Of a DNA stretch of 64,000 nucleotides, positions 1-13,194 are shown piece by piece. Origin of the DNA: Lama glama (lineage: Eukaryota); contig CM052816.1 of the NCBI GenBank assembly GCA_028534125.1, positions 23,376,001 to 23,440,000 of the forward strand, read 5' to 3'. How positions within the stretch are numbered: the stretch's first letter is position 1; each line of letters begins with the position of its first letter. The notes under the pieces are model-generated. The model was given only the letters and a program-made list of their open reading frames with translations, searched no databases and was not told where the DNA came from. The position numbers and the translations under genes were made by a program.

Positions 1-38
1 ATATATATATACACATATATACATATATATATATATAT
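1..38. repeat. (TA)n microsatellite, interrupted
   Basis: atatatatatacacatatatacatatatatatatatat. Confidence 0.9.
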
Positions 39-1069
39 AATCTTATCAATACTGCTTGTATATACCTTAGGAATCTACTATTCCACTGGACTGAGTGTTG
101 CAAAGCTGACTAATTTTTGTTAATTATTAAGAAGTAAACAGCAAAGAAAAAAATTTAAATGAATTGAATAATCAGATTATCCATCAGCACTGAGGGGTCT
201 AAAAACATACAGCTTTTTTTAGTATAAAAAATGACCTTCTGAAAATGCATGCTAAAATTAGAAAGAAAACTGTAGAAAAATGAGGGAAGACTCACTCAGA
301 TTTTCTCTCATAAAAGGTAATCACTCGACCCATCCTACCCTAAACTTCTAAGTTAAATTATTGGATGGTGTTGCCCCCAATATTCAAGATACAAAACTGA
401 AAAACTATGAATCTGAGCAAAACAAGACTGCTCCTAATTAAAACCTTGGTCCCAGGATCATAATAAAAGTTTTTTTAAAAGCTCAGTGATTCTCTGACAG
501 CCACTGAAGCCCTAATTGTTCCCAACCCCCAGCATCTTTCCACTGGGAAACCACCTTCAAGTATGTCATATTTTCTGGTCACTGGCTTCTAGTCACCGAA
601 CTTGTACATATAACCCCTGCTCAACTGAAACCCACTTTTTCAGAGGATCTAAAGTAGATCCTATAGTAAGAGAATGTGAATGGCCCTGGATCATACAAGC
701 CCACTGGTTGAGATTTCTAGAGTTTCCTTATTCACCGTCTTTCTTGACGTGTGGGTCTTCAATTCTTCCTTTGATTCTAATACTACACAGGATTGTCTCC
801 ACTCATCAAAATAATAATAATAATAATAAATCCAGAAAGACACATCTTCTGGTGTTCAGCCTGGGCAAAGCTGGTCTCTTTGGCTCAAAACCAACACCAA
901 ATGATACAGGAAAATAAATGCCCTTGGTGGTGTAACACATTCAGAGCCTGAATATAATCACAGATGAAGAAGAATGGAAAAGGCTGCTGACATTTTTGTT
1001 ATGAGTAAATGATCAGATACAGTTAGCCTTCCTCTGCGTCAGAAGGAACAGAAATCAACTTTATCACAG

Positions 1070-1195
1070 AGACAGCATGCCTGGTTGTACAGGTTGTGCA
1101 CTGCTTAATCCTCAGGGTACATTTACACACACAACAATGTAAACGGCTCCCTCTACTGCTGTGGAGTGCACAACCTACACAACAGGATTCACTAC
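1070..1195. mobile_element. Palindromic hAT MITE, MER91-like
   Basis: Inverted arms gttgtacaggttgtgcact (1084-1102) and agtgcacaacctacacaac (1165-1183). Inner catttaca/tgtaaacg pair. Resembles the recalled MER91 consensus. Confidence 0.65.
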
Positions 1196-3991
1196 GTGCT
1201 TCTTATATTGCCAAGCAGTGGATAAGAGGAGGAATATTAAGATAAATAAAAAAGACTTCTGCTCTGAAGACAAAACAGAGAATGATGCACAGTCACCTCT
1301 GTAATGTGATAAAGGGTCCATGATCAGTGAGGAAGAAGCCTAGGGAACTGTATCAAATAACGGATAGTTCTATTTTGCAGTTGCCTTTGCCAGCAAACAA
1401 ACGGAGAGAGAAACACCCAAAACAGATGATACTGAATAACATGGTAATGCAGAAAATTAAAGAACCACATAAAATCAAATCTTCACCTTAGGGCCAAGAA
1501 TCACGGAGTGCAAAGTATATTCAGATGTAGAGGGGAAGGGATTTTAAGTGCTTTCTCTAAATGTACAATACATCATATCATAACACATGAGGCTGCAAGA
1601 TGACTTTGATTTACATAATGTGAAACAAGGGACTTCATCTGTAACTAAACAACATGATAAAACTATGAGAAATGCACTGCTTATTGTCAAGGGCAGTTAC
1701 GAGTCCATCACACAGCCAATTTCTGTTCACTTAGCAAACAAATGAATCAAGCACATTATTTCAAAAAATACAAGGTCTTTTATCCAAAGGCCCTGGTAAT
1801 ATCTTTCAGTACAATAGAAGAACAAATTCTCAGCAGCATTTAAAAACCTCAGATCAGACTGTAATTTTTTTTTTAGACTGTTAATTCTTAATCTTCAATT
1901 CTTCAACTGTAAACTTCTTTCCAGAGGACTGAAATAATGTAATCTTAATTTCATAATACTCAAAAATGTTGAGGAGTCCGGGGAACAGAGATTTGTTTGC
2001 TGCCTAGACTTACGATTATGTGGATTCAAATTCTCTCATTTGTGGCTCATGTTGGCTCAGTGCGCCTGAAGTCTGCATCATAGACTTTCATTATGTGAGT
2101 TTATGGAAATGATACTGTTAGACTTTGGCAACTGGGAAGGCCAATAAATTCTGTTTAAGTTCTGATTTATATTGAAAAAATGAAATGTAGCCTTTAATTT
2201 CCAAGAATGAAGATGCATCTGAGAATAAGTCTCACTGTCGAGTTTTATAGTGCCCTGGGACAGACCTATAAATGATTCATTCAAAAATTATTCTGTGATT
2301 TGTATTAAATTAATATATTTCTGTCATTTCTTATATTTTATTAAATTTTCTCTTACTTGCCAATGGCATTATTTTGAAACTAACTTGCAGAAGTACCGGA
2401 CATAAACCAAAAGCATTTCGGTAAATACTAAAAGGCAGAACTGTCATTAATAAAATCAATTCTAAATTAAAGAGCATTTTCAAGGCACACAGACTTGCAC
2501 TTTCTCTGTAATTTCAAAGAGAAATGTGAAAATTCCACGAAGGACTCATGGAGTTGACAGCTGGGATAACATGATTTGTGTTTTTGTTACCGTGAGCCCA
2601 CAGCACTAGGTCAGCTTTAAACTATTTACTTCATTGTATCACACAGAACAATTTCACAAACATATTACTGCAGATAGGTTTGGATTTATACAAACATGAT
2701 TCATTTTAGTTGAAACCAAAATTAATAGCTGAGCTAAAATTTCTTCCTACTAATGTGCTCACATAACATGCAACATTTAATAATTACTTGAGTATTCACT
2801 GGAAACCGGGCTGGTTATGAGTTTCCTTTGTCAAACATGGGTAAGACCACGGAATCCACGGAGATTAAAACTTATTTTATTCGTCCTAACTTCCTTGCAA
2901 AGCTGAAGATCTGAAACTTTGTATGTTTGCATGAACTAAAAAGGAATTTTCTTCCTCAATCACTGACATCATTCGTTTAGACTTTCCTGATCATACAGTG
3001 GTAGGTCACTTTGAGACAAAACATTCCTGTCAGTGGGCTGTGGAAACAGTGATACAGAGAAAAGCGATTTTCCACATAGATCTTAGTCCCTGGGGGAGTA
3101 CAGGTAGAATTATTTGTCAGTATTGATCAATATTTTATATGTGTCTACCCTTTGACATTTTTTTCCCTATTTTCAATCACAGATCTGTATTCCTATTGCT
3201 TTCCACAGAACAGAAGCAATTTATTAAGGTCCTATTCTAGGTCCTATCTATCAGGGTGCAAAAAATTGAAGTCAGTATTTCTGCTAAAGGGTTTAGGAAG
3301 TGTAAAAAATCTTTTTTTTTCTCATAAAACATGAAGTGTTTTAGCAAAACTACAGCAAATTTTACCCCTCAAAAAGGTTTTTCTTTTTTCTTTTTCTTTG
3401 TTAAGCAGGAGTCCTTTTTAGACAGTGCAGCTTTGGCTTTGGATCCATGACTAAAAGATACATTAGAGTTAACAGTGCTTTATGCTGTCTTATCTTTGAA
3501 AAACACAATTTGTGCATACAGAGCACACAGTTAGTCCTAGGAGTTCAAGTTTTGAAAATCTGAGCATGAATAATTACTTTATAAACTGACCTGATCTAGC
3601 AGATTGAGATCATAAGTCACAGGTTACTTACTATCTGTTTTGCTAGACAATATTATCTAAAATAGTCTCATAAATCCCAGATATTACTACCTTCAGGTCA
3701 TTATTTTAATATGTTATCCTAGCCTATGGCCAAACATGGAGTTTAACTGCATTTTATGAGCATTTAACAGTAAGGAAGATGACTGTATTTCTAAACGCAA
3801 GAGCAAGTACACCGTAATTATCCTAAATACTAGTACTTGTTTACAACCAGATATAGATAAGGACACATATACGCTTTTCTCTAAACGTGAGAATTCAGAA
3901 AGTTACACAAAAATAGAATAGTTACATAAATTAAGATACTTATATGCATTAAAACAGTATGTCTGCTCCTCCCTCCAAATGATATGGACCA

Positions 3992-4471
3992 CATAGGAGT
4001 TACGCAGTACTGCTGCTCTAACAGATTATCACAAATGTATTCAGTGGCTTAAAAGAACAGAAGCGTGTTATCTTACAGCTCTAGAGGTCTGAAGCCAATA
4101 CAGGTCTTACTGGGCTAAAATCAAGGTGTCATCAAGGCTACATTCCTTCTAGAGGCTCTAAGGTAAAATCTGATTGCTTGACTTTTCCAGCTTTTAGAAG
4201 CTGCCTGCATTCCTTGGCTTGTGGCCCCTTCCTCTACCTTCAAAGCCAACAGGATAGCATTTTCCAGTCTCTCTCTGACTCTGACTTTCTGCTCCCTTTT
4301 CCATCTTTTAGGATTCTTATGATTACATTGGACACATGCAGATAATCCAGGATAATCTCATCTCAACATCCTTATATCGGCAAAGCCCCTTCTGCCATAT
4401 GAGGGAACATATTCACATGTTCTGGGGATTAAGAATGGACATCTTTGGGGCATAATTCTTGGCCTTCCACA
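3992..4471 (-). mobile_element. MaLR solo LTR, MLT1 family (MLT1D-like)
   Basis: Typical MLT1 reverse-strand text: cagtggcttaaaagaacagaag...ttacagctctagaggtctgaag...gcattccttggcttgtggcccctt...ataatccaggataatctc...ggggcataattcttggccttccaca. Confidence 0.8.
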
Positions 4472-6120
4472 ATGAACAACATGAAAAGACTTGCAAGATA
4501 CAATATAAAGTTAAAGAAAAAAAACCCAGGAAATTGTATACAACATGAAACTACATTCTTTAGACTCATACCAACTCAACATTGCTTACCTCTGGGCAAC
4601 TTTTACAAGAACACGTCCATGCGTTACTAGGAGAGGAGAGAGAATTATGCTACAGTGTTTCTTAAAGAACTATTTAAGGATGAGGGAATGTTTGGAATAG
4701 ATTTTTAAGCAAAAATATGTGTTGTAAAATAGTATATAAAATGAAGAATTCAACTTTATGGGCAATATTCTGTTTTCTACATGGAGGGGGTGAACATGCA
4801 GTTGCCAATTATAATGTTCTTTTTTAAAAAAAAATGTATAAAATACATCAGACACCTCTTTTTTTTTTTTTTAAGAGAACAGTTGTGTTACATTGCTAGG
4901 ACAAGCTAGTAACAAGGGAGGTAAGGATTAGTTAGAAGTGTGGCTTTTAAAGCTTTATACCTTAAAAATATATATTGGGTACAGGAGATTCTTTTTTCAA
5001 AGTTCTGAAGAGAAAAATGGCATTGGAATTAAGGAATGAAATTAATGTCACAATATTGGTGGGGCGAGGCAAAACTTGCACATAGAATATGATTCAGATA
5101 TTATAAATATATGTATTTAGTTCCATAAATACATAGGAAATAAAACTGAAGAAATATACTTCAACATGTTAACCATAATTATTCCTAGGTAGAAAAATGG
5201 GTGGGATTATATGCTATGTTTTTTCTTTATTTTTGTATTTCTCAAATTTCTTTAATGAATATGTTGCATTTTTAATTAGAAGAGAAAAATATGAATCAGT
5301 AATCAAATTATGATTATCACCCTCTTTAGTTTTAGAAGCAGTATTTCCAACACCTACACGCATAAGGATAAATAAGACAGATTTTATCACCTGAAAAATA
5401 AATATATGAATATCCTTTGTGGTTAATGCATGCTGGGAATCTAATTTCTCTATATCAGAGTGGTGTTCAATATAGGTTAGAAGTTTGAATTAAGCATATA
5501 CAATAGCTCCCATGATCACCAATAATACTATAGATCCTATATGGTATACAGATTCTTTTTTCAGAAATATTTAGTACTATAATAAAAAATGTATTAAAGA
5601 AACCTGTCACACAAAATTATTATGATACTCAGATTAAAATTAAAAATGATATCTACATGTTCCCTGGAATTCCTAATCATTTTCACTGACAACAATATTT
5701 GCTATTCTATTTTTAAAAAGCAATTCATAAAAAAAGTTTTTGGTAGAGTCAAGGGGACTTTAAGATTTGTTAATCTTATTCAAACAAAACATGCTTAAAG
5801 TTACAAACAAGATAAACTTTAGTATAAGCTGATTTCTTAGAGGACCACCCAAATAAGGTGATTTTCAATGGCTTCTGCATTAATCACATGATCTTTCGAA
5901 ATTGACCCTGTCATTTTCTCAAAGAAAATCTATTCTAGAAAAGATGCATGTTTTAAAATACATTTTGACCATTTAAGTAAAAATAATGTGAAAATTTAGC
6001 AGACTGAAGAAAAGATGAGATAAAAGAATTAAATCTTAATTACTTGCTAAATAACCTGAAATAGGCTTAGACCTGTATTTTACTTATAATCCTTTAGAAA
6101 AGACTAACATCATTAAATAC

Positions 6121-6282
6121 TTTCTTTTTTTGACAAGGGAGGTTTATTTATTGATTTTATTGAGATATAGTCAGTTTACAATGTTGTATCTTATTTATTT
6201 ATTTTTTATGGAGGTTCTCTGGATTGAACCTAGGACCTCATGCATGCTAAGCATGCACTCTACCTCTTGAGCTATACCCTTC
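6121..6282 (-). mobile_element. tRNA-derived SINE, vic-1-like (camelid), with nested L1 stub
   Basis: Reverse complement reads gggtatagctcaagaggtagagtgcatgcttagcatgcatgaggtcctaggttcaatcc (A and B boxes) followed by an AT-rich tail. Similar to the copies at 43.7 kb and 48.8 kb. Confidence 0.85.
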
Positions 6283-6919
6283 TCCTTTTATATAATTTTA
6301 AAAGCTATCTATTTTCCCTTTGAAAACTAGTCAAAAATTATCTTATACATAGTTAGATATGAAAATAATTTTGGCAAATTTTTGTTAGCCTAAGGTTACA
6401 TATAGTTTAAGTAAACGAGCAATTTTTAGTGTTTTGCACATAAAGCCAATTCAAAAACTCATAGGAAAAAAAATCTTTGTTAGGCAGCACAGAAAATATG
6501 TTGAAAGCTATGCAGGAGCAACTGCTACTCTTATTCTTTATACTTAAGACTATGTCTTGTGGCTCTTTTGTCATAAACACAATATATAAACTCTCTATGG
6601 AGAAACTGATAATATGTAGGATTCCTCCAACTAATCAATCAAAGTATCAGACAATTATATTCTTAAAATATTCGGGGTCACCACTCACTGGAATTGGCTG
6701 TGAATTCCAGTAGTGAGTCTTATGAATTCAACATGTTCTTTACTCCATAAATGGGCATAAGATTAAAGGAAATTTGGTGCAGATATACAAACTGGACACA
6801 AAGTCTTCATGTGTAGTTTAGAATGACAGAAACATATTTGCTCATACTGCCTTCATTTGTACACCCTGCTCCCTATTCTTTAATATTAGAATCAAAAGTG
6901 ACAACATTGTGGCTATTGT

Positions 6920-7110
6920 AACGGAACATTCATGATAAGGTCAAGCACTCTGTTAGGTTATTTAAGTATATCATCTCTACTGAATCTGATATCCTGTGAG
7001 ACAGGTATTATCATGCCCATTTTACAGACAAAAAATGAATGGTCAATGAGGCTGAACCACTGCCAAGCCACACAGTTCATAACGGAGCCAGCCGGGATTA
7101 AATGCTTGCT
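6920..7110 (-). mobile_element. MIR SINE
   Basis: MIR core-like cctgtgagacaggtattatcatgcccattttacaga...ccaagccacacag. Confidence 0.7.
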
Positions 7111-8324
7111 CATCCCCATTGTCCGATATACTTTCTATTATACCAGACATCTCTGATTCTTATAAGCTTTGTTATTTTCCATTCATGTGTCAACCTTCCT
7201 TTTTATTTGAAATACTTCATAACACTTTCTTGCATTTAATTTTGCTGTTCCTGTTTCTAGGTCTTAATCATTGTCACTTACTTAATTCTCTCATCATTTT
7301 TCTATCCATCAACCTACGTAACTATGAGAAAACAAAACCAGATGCTAGTTTTATTAACCTGAAATAAAAGGAAATATTCTGCTGGCTAGTATTTCTTTTT
7401 AAAATATTCATATATTTGACTATTTGAAAAAGTTAAATGTTTATTCCTGTCCATTTTCATTATGTAGCAAATATCAAACCTTTTACAACAACAGAATTTG
7501 GGAGGTAAGTTAGTCCAGTATAAATTATTTCTTAAAAACTGAATAGCCTTGGTATACAAGGTAGACTTCAAACAAACAAAACATTGCATGTTTCAGTATT
7601 TTACTGAACTCTCTAGTGCACTTAAGACTAAAAATCCCAAGGCAAGGTAGGCTCACTCTATACAAGTAGGAAGTGTAAATTATTAAATGAATTTTTGCTG
7701 GATATAAAGAGCTAAAAGAAGGAAAAGGAACTAATACTTATTTCACAATTCCTAGATGTTAGGAATTTTACATATTATTTTCTCATTTAAACCTTAACCT
7801 GCTAATAAAATTACTACTAATGATATTTAATGTATTAAACTAACCCCATAAAATGGTCTCAATCACTAGAGAATACCTTCAGCAACAATGGATGATTCTT
7901 AAATGAGGCTAACATTATATGGGATGGAGTAATAATTCTATAGATGGGGAAAGTGGATTTTAACCATGGGCTGACAAATCTATCAATGAAAAACACTTAT
8001 TATACAATAATACAACGAAAGATATTTCAGATAGTATGTCTTCCACATTAACATATTTGCACAGGATCTTATACAATTATTTACGTTTGGGAAAAATTAC
8101 TGACTGTTCACTATATGTTAGATGTGATACAAGATACCTTGTAGTCTTCACTCTGTACTACTAATCTCATAATGAGACTCAGAGAGGTCAATTAGTCAAC
8201 CCAAGATGACCAGCTAGTCTTTGGATAAATAGGTCATATCCTACTTTGATCATCTTTTCTTACTGAGTTTTAAAATTCTAAATACTTACATATCATATAT
8301 ATATATATATACACATGCATACAT

Positions 8325-9560
8325 ACATTCTGGATACAAATTTTTGTTAGATATACATATTGCAACTATTTTTTCCAAATCTGGAGCTTTTTTTCTGACG
8401 GGAAGTGAGTATTGATCTTAATACTGTTTCCTCTGTGTAATGTATCTCTTTTTTCTGGCCAATTCAACTTTTTTCCCCTGTATCTTTGATTTTCACCAGT
8501 TTTTCTACAATATACCTAGGTCTCTAGGTTGTTGGTTTTCATGAAACTTGGAGGGGAAATTTGCCATTACATCTTCAAATAATTTTCTTACCCATTCCCA
8601 TCCTTTCCCAAGATTCCAAATACAACCACATTAATTGGTAAATCCACATCTAAGCCATCTCTCAGGTCAGTCTCTATTGATTACTTTTCTTTGACCATGG
8701 GTCACACTGTCATCTTTCTTTGCTTGGCTAATTTTCACTATATTCTGAGCATGTTATTGTAGATAATATATTATAGAGATTCAAGATTCTGTTATCTTCC
8801 TCTGAAGAGTGCTGATTCTTATTTTAGGAAGCAGTTCAGTTACCTGCTGGTCACTCTAAATTTAGGTAGTGTCGAGTTTATTCTTTGGTAAGGAAGATCT
8901 ATCAAAAGCTCAAGATGATTCCCAAGTCTTTGTAAACTGGTGGGACTCAATCTCCAAACTCTATCTTCTCTGAAAACGGTACAAGGGCTTGGTTTCAGGC
9001 TTGGTTAGGACAGGTCAAGCGTAGGCATTTCTCTGGATCATGGTGCCTATTGTGAAGGCGCAGCCGTTCTCTTTTCTTGGCTAAATGCCAGGAGTAATGA
9101 CATGGTATCAACAAAGTTGCTCTACTGTTGTGGCCCGAATATGCTCAATTTCTAGTCTACTTTTAACATCTAAATTCCATAGCAGTAGCACTCTGATGAA
9201 ATTTGATTAGTTTCTATCTGTATATATTTAGCCAGCCTTGCAAAGTTCTCACAGATGACCTGCACACAGACTTCTTGGCACCTCTCCCTGCATAGAGTCC
9301 TTTTCCCTGGTGCCCTCAGAGTAGGACCTTTGTGCTCTACCTAGATTCCAGCTTGCTGGACCAGTGAAAAAAATTGTCCCCAGGCAAAAAGCTGGGTTGG
9401 CTGTGGGGCTCACTTAACATATATTCCTTGTTTTAGAGACTGCACTGCTCATTCTCCTATGACTGAAAGCAGTTGCCTCATAACTATTTTCAAGTTTTAT
9501 GGTTGTTTTTTGCAGAGTTCCAGTATCAGGTGCACCTACGTAGCTGGAAATGGAAGTCCA
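8325..9560 (-). mobile_element. Old LINE-1 (L1M) fragments
   Basis: ttctggatacaaatttttgttagatatacatattgcaactattttttcc is reverse L1 ORF2-like, followed by T-rich degenerate L1 5'/ORF1-like sequence. Confidence 0.55.
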
Positions 9561-10357
9561 ATTGTGTTCCTGCATAGAGATCTTTTCCATCTTTATGAAT
9601 TATTTATAAGTAAAATAGTTTTTGTACAAGTCAACAAGAAGCTATCGTGAATGCAATAGGACTCATTACATACAGTTCTGTTTCAATGTCACTGTGTAGT
9701 CCGTGATGTGAAATGTCAACATTATTCATACTAAAATAAAATGGCTGGTGAACAATTAATTACCATTAATTTTTACTAGCTCTAAGCAAGATATACTCAT
9801 AAATAATTACTACTATAAAGTGCTCACAGAGAGTAAACTGTTGCTCACCATGTCACCTCCTTATATTTATATGTGATGCTTTGTTACAAATATTTGTGAG
9901 TGGTACGGACATTCACAATGCAGCTCAAAGTTCATTAGCTAGAGATGTGATTGAAACTTTTTTCTCAGATGGAACCAGACAGCCTGTCAATCACTTGATT
10001 TAACATTTTGGGTACTTTGTATGATGACTGAAAAACATGGAGCATAGGTTCATAATTTCAAGGGTCCATCAAAATTCACCAGTGTTTTCACTTATTGTCA
10101 ATGGCTACATCTTCACATCCAAAACTGACAGTAAATTTTTTTTAATTACCTAACCAAATGTCTAGTCAATATGCCAGCCAATATATGCCTGTTTAGAAAT
10201 CAGTTGTTATGAATTGAGGGAGATGTCTAACATCATTATGCCAAAAGATTTTTGGAACACCAAATCTGGAATAAAAGCATTCTGTGAAGGGATTAATAGG
10301 ATTAACAGCCTCACCATTGAATTAGGAATGTCATTTAACTGGCTTTGGAAATTTCAC

Positions 10358-10515
10358 CTTGTTATAAGTATAGCTGCGTCCACTGAAGTCATGTCCTCTC
10401 CCCAGCTTGTTGACATCTCTAAATGTATATCATTCTTTTTGCCAAATTCTTCATGCTGCCACTTACAAAAACTCTCTAGCATTTTCTCTCCATGGTGTCC
10501 AATGTAGAGATCTGC
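10358..10515 (-). CDS. ADAMTS19: ADAMTS19 putative exon 6 (metalloprotease domain; not in the ORF track)
   Basis: Manual translation gives ADLYIGHHGEKMLESFCKWQHEEFGKKNDIHLEMSTSWGEDMTSVDAAILIT(R), with the ADAMTS LxSFCxWQ and DxAILITR motifs. Acceptor ttgcag|GCA, donor AAG|gtgaaa. 158 nt, phase 0 to 2. Confidence 0.95.
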
Positions 10516-11201
10516 CTGCAAAAGAAGAGATTTTACTTCAAGGCAAATTATTCTCAGACAGACAAAAAGCTAAAAACTGAGAAGACTTCCTGAATTACTG
10601 AAGCAGCCTGCTGACCATAACATTAATTAGAACCTGGACGACATTCAGGATTAATTTTGCCTGAGCTAAAAAATCTTAAAACTTTGCGTAGATACAATAA
10701 TTACAAAATCTGTTTAATGCTATTTTGAGAAGGAGAGAGGTGCAATGGAATATTAAGAACGTGGAACTTTTAGACTTAATCCACTACATCTACAATTTAA
10801 GAACAAAGATTTTCCAAACTGCCAGTTCATAGCAGGCTAAAATGATGCCACAGAGGAGTATCTGCTTAAATTGAATTACAGATAACAAACCAATTGTAAA
10901 GCACATATTTAAATGAGAAAATAAAACTGTCATTAAAAATGACTTTTAAAAGTCACATTTTGTAAAGTTAAGGTTTGTTTCCAGGATCCTGGGAAACTAA
11001 GAACATCCTATTTTTGGAATATAGTTGAGGTATTAACTAAAACTCAAGGCTAGATTCATGATACTTAAAGTGACTCAGTGGATATTTCTGAATTGTAAGT
11101 CAATAAGAAGTAAATCCCTAACATTCCCTTTACTTCAAAGTACCTGAACACAACTTCTCACTCACTTCCTTAATTGAACAAAAAACTCAAAACTTTCTTA
11201 C

Positions 11202-11285
11202 TGGAGTTTCATGGAGCAGAACAAGCTTTATCACACGGAGATTGACCTGCACACCAAGACTCTTGTGTTGGAAAAGGTTAAAAAC
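11202..11285 (-). CDS. ADAMTS19: ADAMTS19 putative exon 5 (metalloprotease domain; not in the ORF track)
   Basis: Manual translation gives VFNLFQHKSLGVQVNLRVIKLVLLHETP. Acceptor tttcag|GTT, donor CCA|gtaaga. 84 nt, phase 0 to 0. Confidence 0.95.
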
Positions 11286-12873
11286 CTGAAAACAAATAAA
11301 AAGAAGAATCCTAAAAGAAAACTGAAAAACATCTTAATTTTTCTTAAAGCCCAGACATGAGGGAAAAAAAATCTCAATTTAGTTGAGAAATTTTATATTT
11401 TTTAAAATTTAAGTTATTTAAAAATTAGCTTAATAAGCAATAGTAACTAATGCATTATAGACACCAAGAAATTTAGACCTAGCATTCTGATACACTTACT
11501 GCAACCTTGAAAGCCCAGGCATTTCAATGGGGTGCAGAAGGAAGGTTGGGATTTTCATAATACTAAAGAGAAGAATTTTTATTAATTTTCTTAAGGCCAC
11601 AAAATGCCAGCATCCTCCTTTCTTCTGAGAAACAGCCCTGAAAGCTCAGCCTGCTCTATGCCACCTCCCAGTTCACCCCTTAGAGTTTATTTTCTCTCCC
11701 CAGGCTAGCTGCCAAATAGGAATGGGTTTTCAAAGCTCCTCCCTCCCATGGCGCCCATGAAGACAAGGCTGTTGATGCTTAGAGTTTTCAAATCATAATT
11801 ATAACTGGCTTTCCCCAAACATGGTATGTGTAGCAATGTTGAAAAGTAAGGCACATTTTTTATGTGGTACCTTGATTTGGTGGGGGGGGTAAATTTTAGT
11901 GTTTATTTACTTTACAACAGAAAGTGTAACACTGGCACACCAAACCCACATTGGAGACTGGAGTTGCTAAGCTATGCTAGTCTCCCCTAAACAGAAAGCT
12001 GGCAGAGTGTCCAGGACAGAGCTGAACACAGACAGAAGGATGGCGGCGTGAAAAAAATCTGTTCACTGATAAGAGTAAGCCAAATGATAAGCCAAAAAAA
12101 GTAAGAATGGGGAAGTTACAAAACACAGTTATCTCTGAATTGGCGGTTTGGTTCTTACCTTGCCTTACATGGTAACTGGAATTACACATGGACACTTGCC
12201 TGTGGTTTTTCTTTACGCTTCTTCTCCCCTAAGAACCAGTCTTCACTATAACCTTCTAATTCTGCCTCGAAGGAAGCCTACCCAATGGGGTGTGCAGTTC
12301 AGATTCAGGTGGTATCCTGGTACAACCTAGATTTCTGCTGTCCAGAAGCTATCAGCCAAAGTGAGCTACATGTGATTAAGCTCATTAAAAATTCAGCTAT
12401 TAGCTATTAGGTCTTACTACTCAACTAGTATTATCTCTGACATTCAATTTTACCTATCTGTAAAAGAGCTCGGTGAATTACCAACCTCCATTTTTGTTTC
12501 AACTCATAATCTACAGAACTTCAGTGAGGCCGTGCGTATAGACAAAGATAACATTTCTGCTATTTCAACAAATGGCCTTTTATAAAAAAGAATGAAACGA
12601 AGGGCACAAAAAAGAGAAAAAAGAATAATAGAGAAATATTTTTGCCACATCAAAATTAACAATGCTTTTTTTTTTACTAGAAGATGTGAGTTATCATTTT
12701 CATATCTCTTTTAAGATGGATCAATTTGGTATATGTATTTTTTTAACGGATGTCATGTCAATAAAAGAAAGGAATAGTAATGAGTTAAGTTTTAAAGAAC
12801 TTCACTATACTCACACATTTCTTCCTTAGAGTTTTCTTGAAAAAATTCCAAGTGCACTTTAAAGTTTGCCTAC

Positions 12874-13046
12874 CATATTTAAGATGGTTAGAATGAATCT
12901 CCTGGCTGCATCTGCTCCATGATGGGAAACCACGGCTGGGTCTGCAACCACTACAGTCTCTATGTTGTATTCTTGAGGTAATTTGTATGAATATCGTTTC
13001 CCTCTTCCACTTTCTGTGACTTTTTTCGATCTAGGTCTTCCTTTAT
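12874..13046 (-). CDS. ADAMTS19: ADAMTS19 putative exon 4 (RGKR furin-type site, start of metalloprotease domain)
   Basis: (D)KGRPRSKKVTESGRGKRYSYKLPQEYNIETVVVADPAVVSHHGADAARRFILTILNM. Acceptor ttgcag|AT, donor ATG|gtaggc. 173 nt, phase 1 to 0. Confidence 0.96.
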
Positions 13047-13194
13047 CTGCAACAGAGAAAGAAATTTTCCAATGTGCCTCCATCTTGGCAAAGTGAATAA
13101 AAAAAAAAGTCCATTTCTTCAACAATGATGAAGAAAGTTTATTAAATGCCAACATGAGCTGGTGATATAATGGTGAGCTATACTTATGGAACAT

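Noticed and set aside
1..10357. ADAMTS19 exon 7 (expected KDFCVHKDEPCDTVG-like)
   Set aside because: No matching sequence was seen by eye on the minus strand. It probably lies outside the window.
11160..11201. Alternative donor GAA|gtgagt 36 nt downstream of exon 5
   Set aside because: The extension reads GTA AGA AAG TTT TGA, an in-frame stop. The canonical donor already fits the frame.
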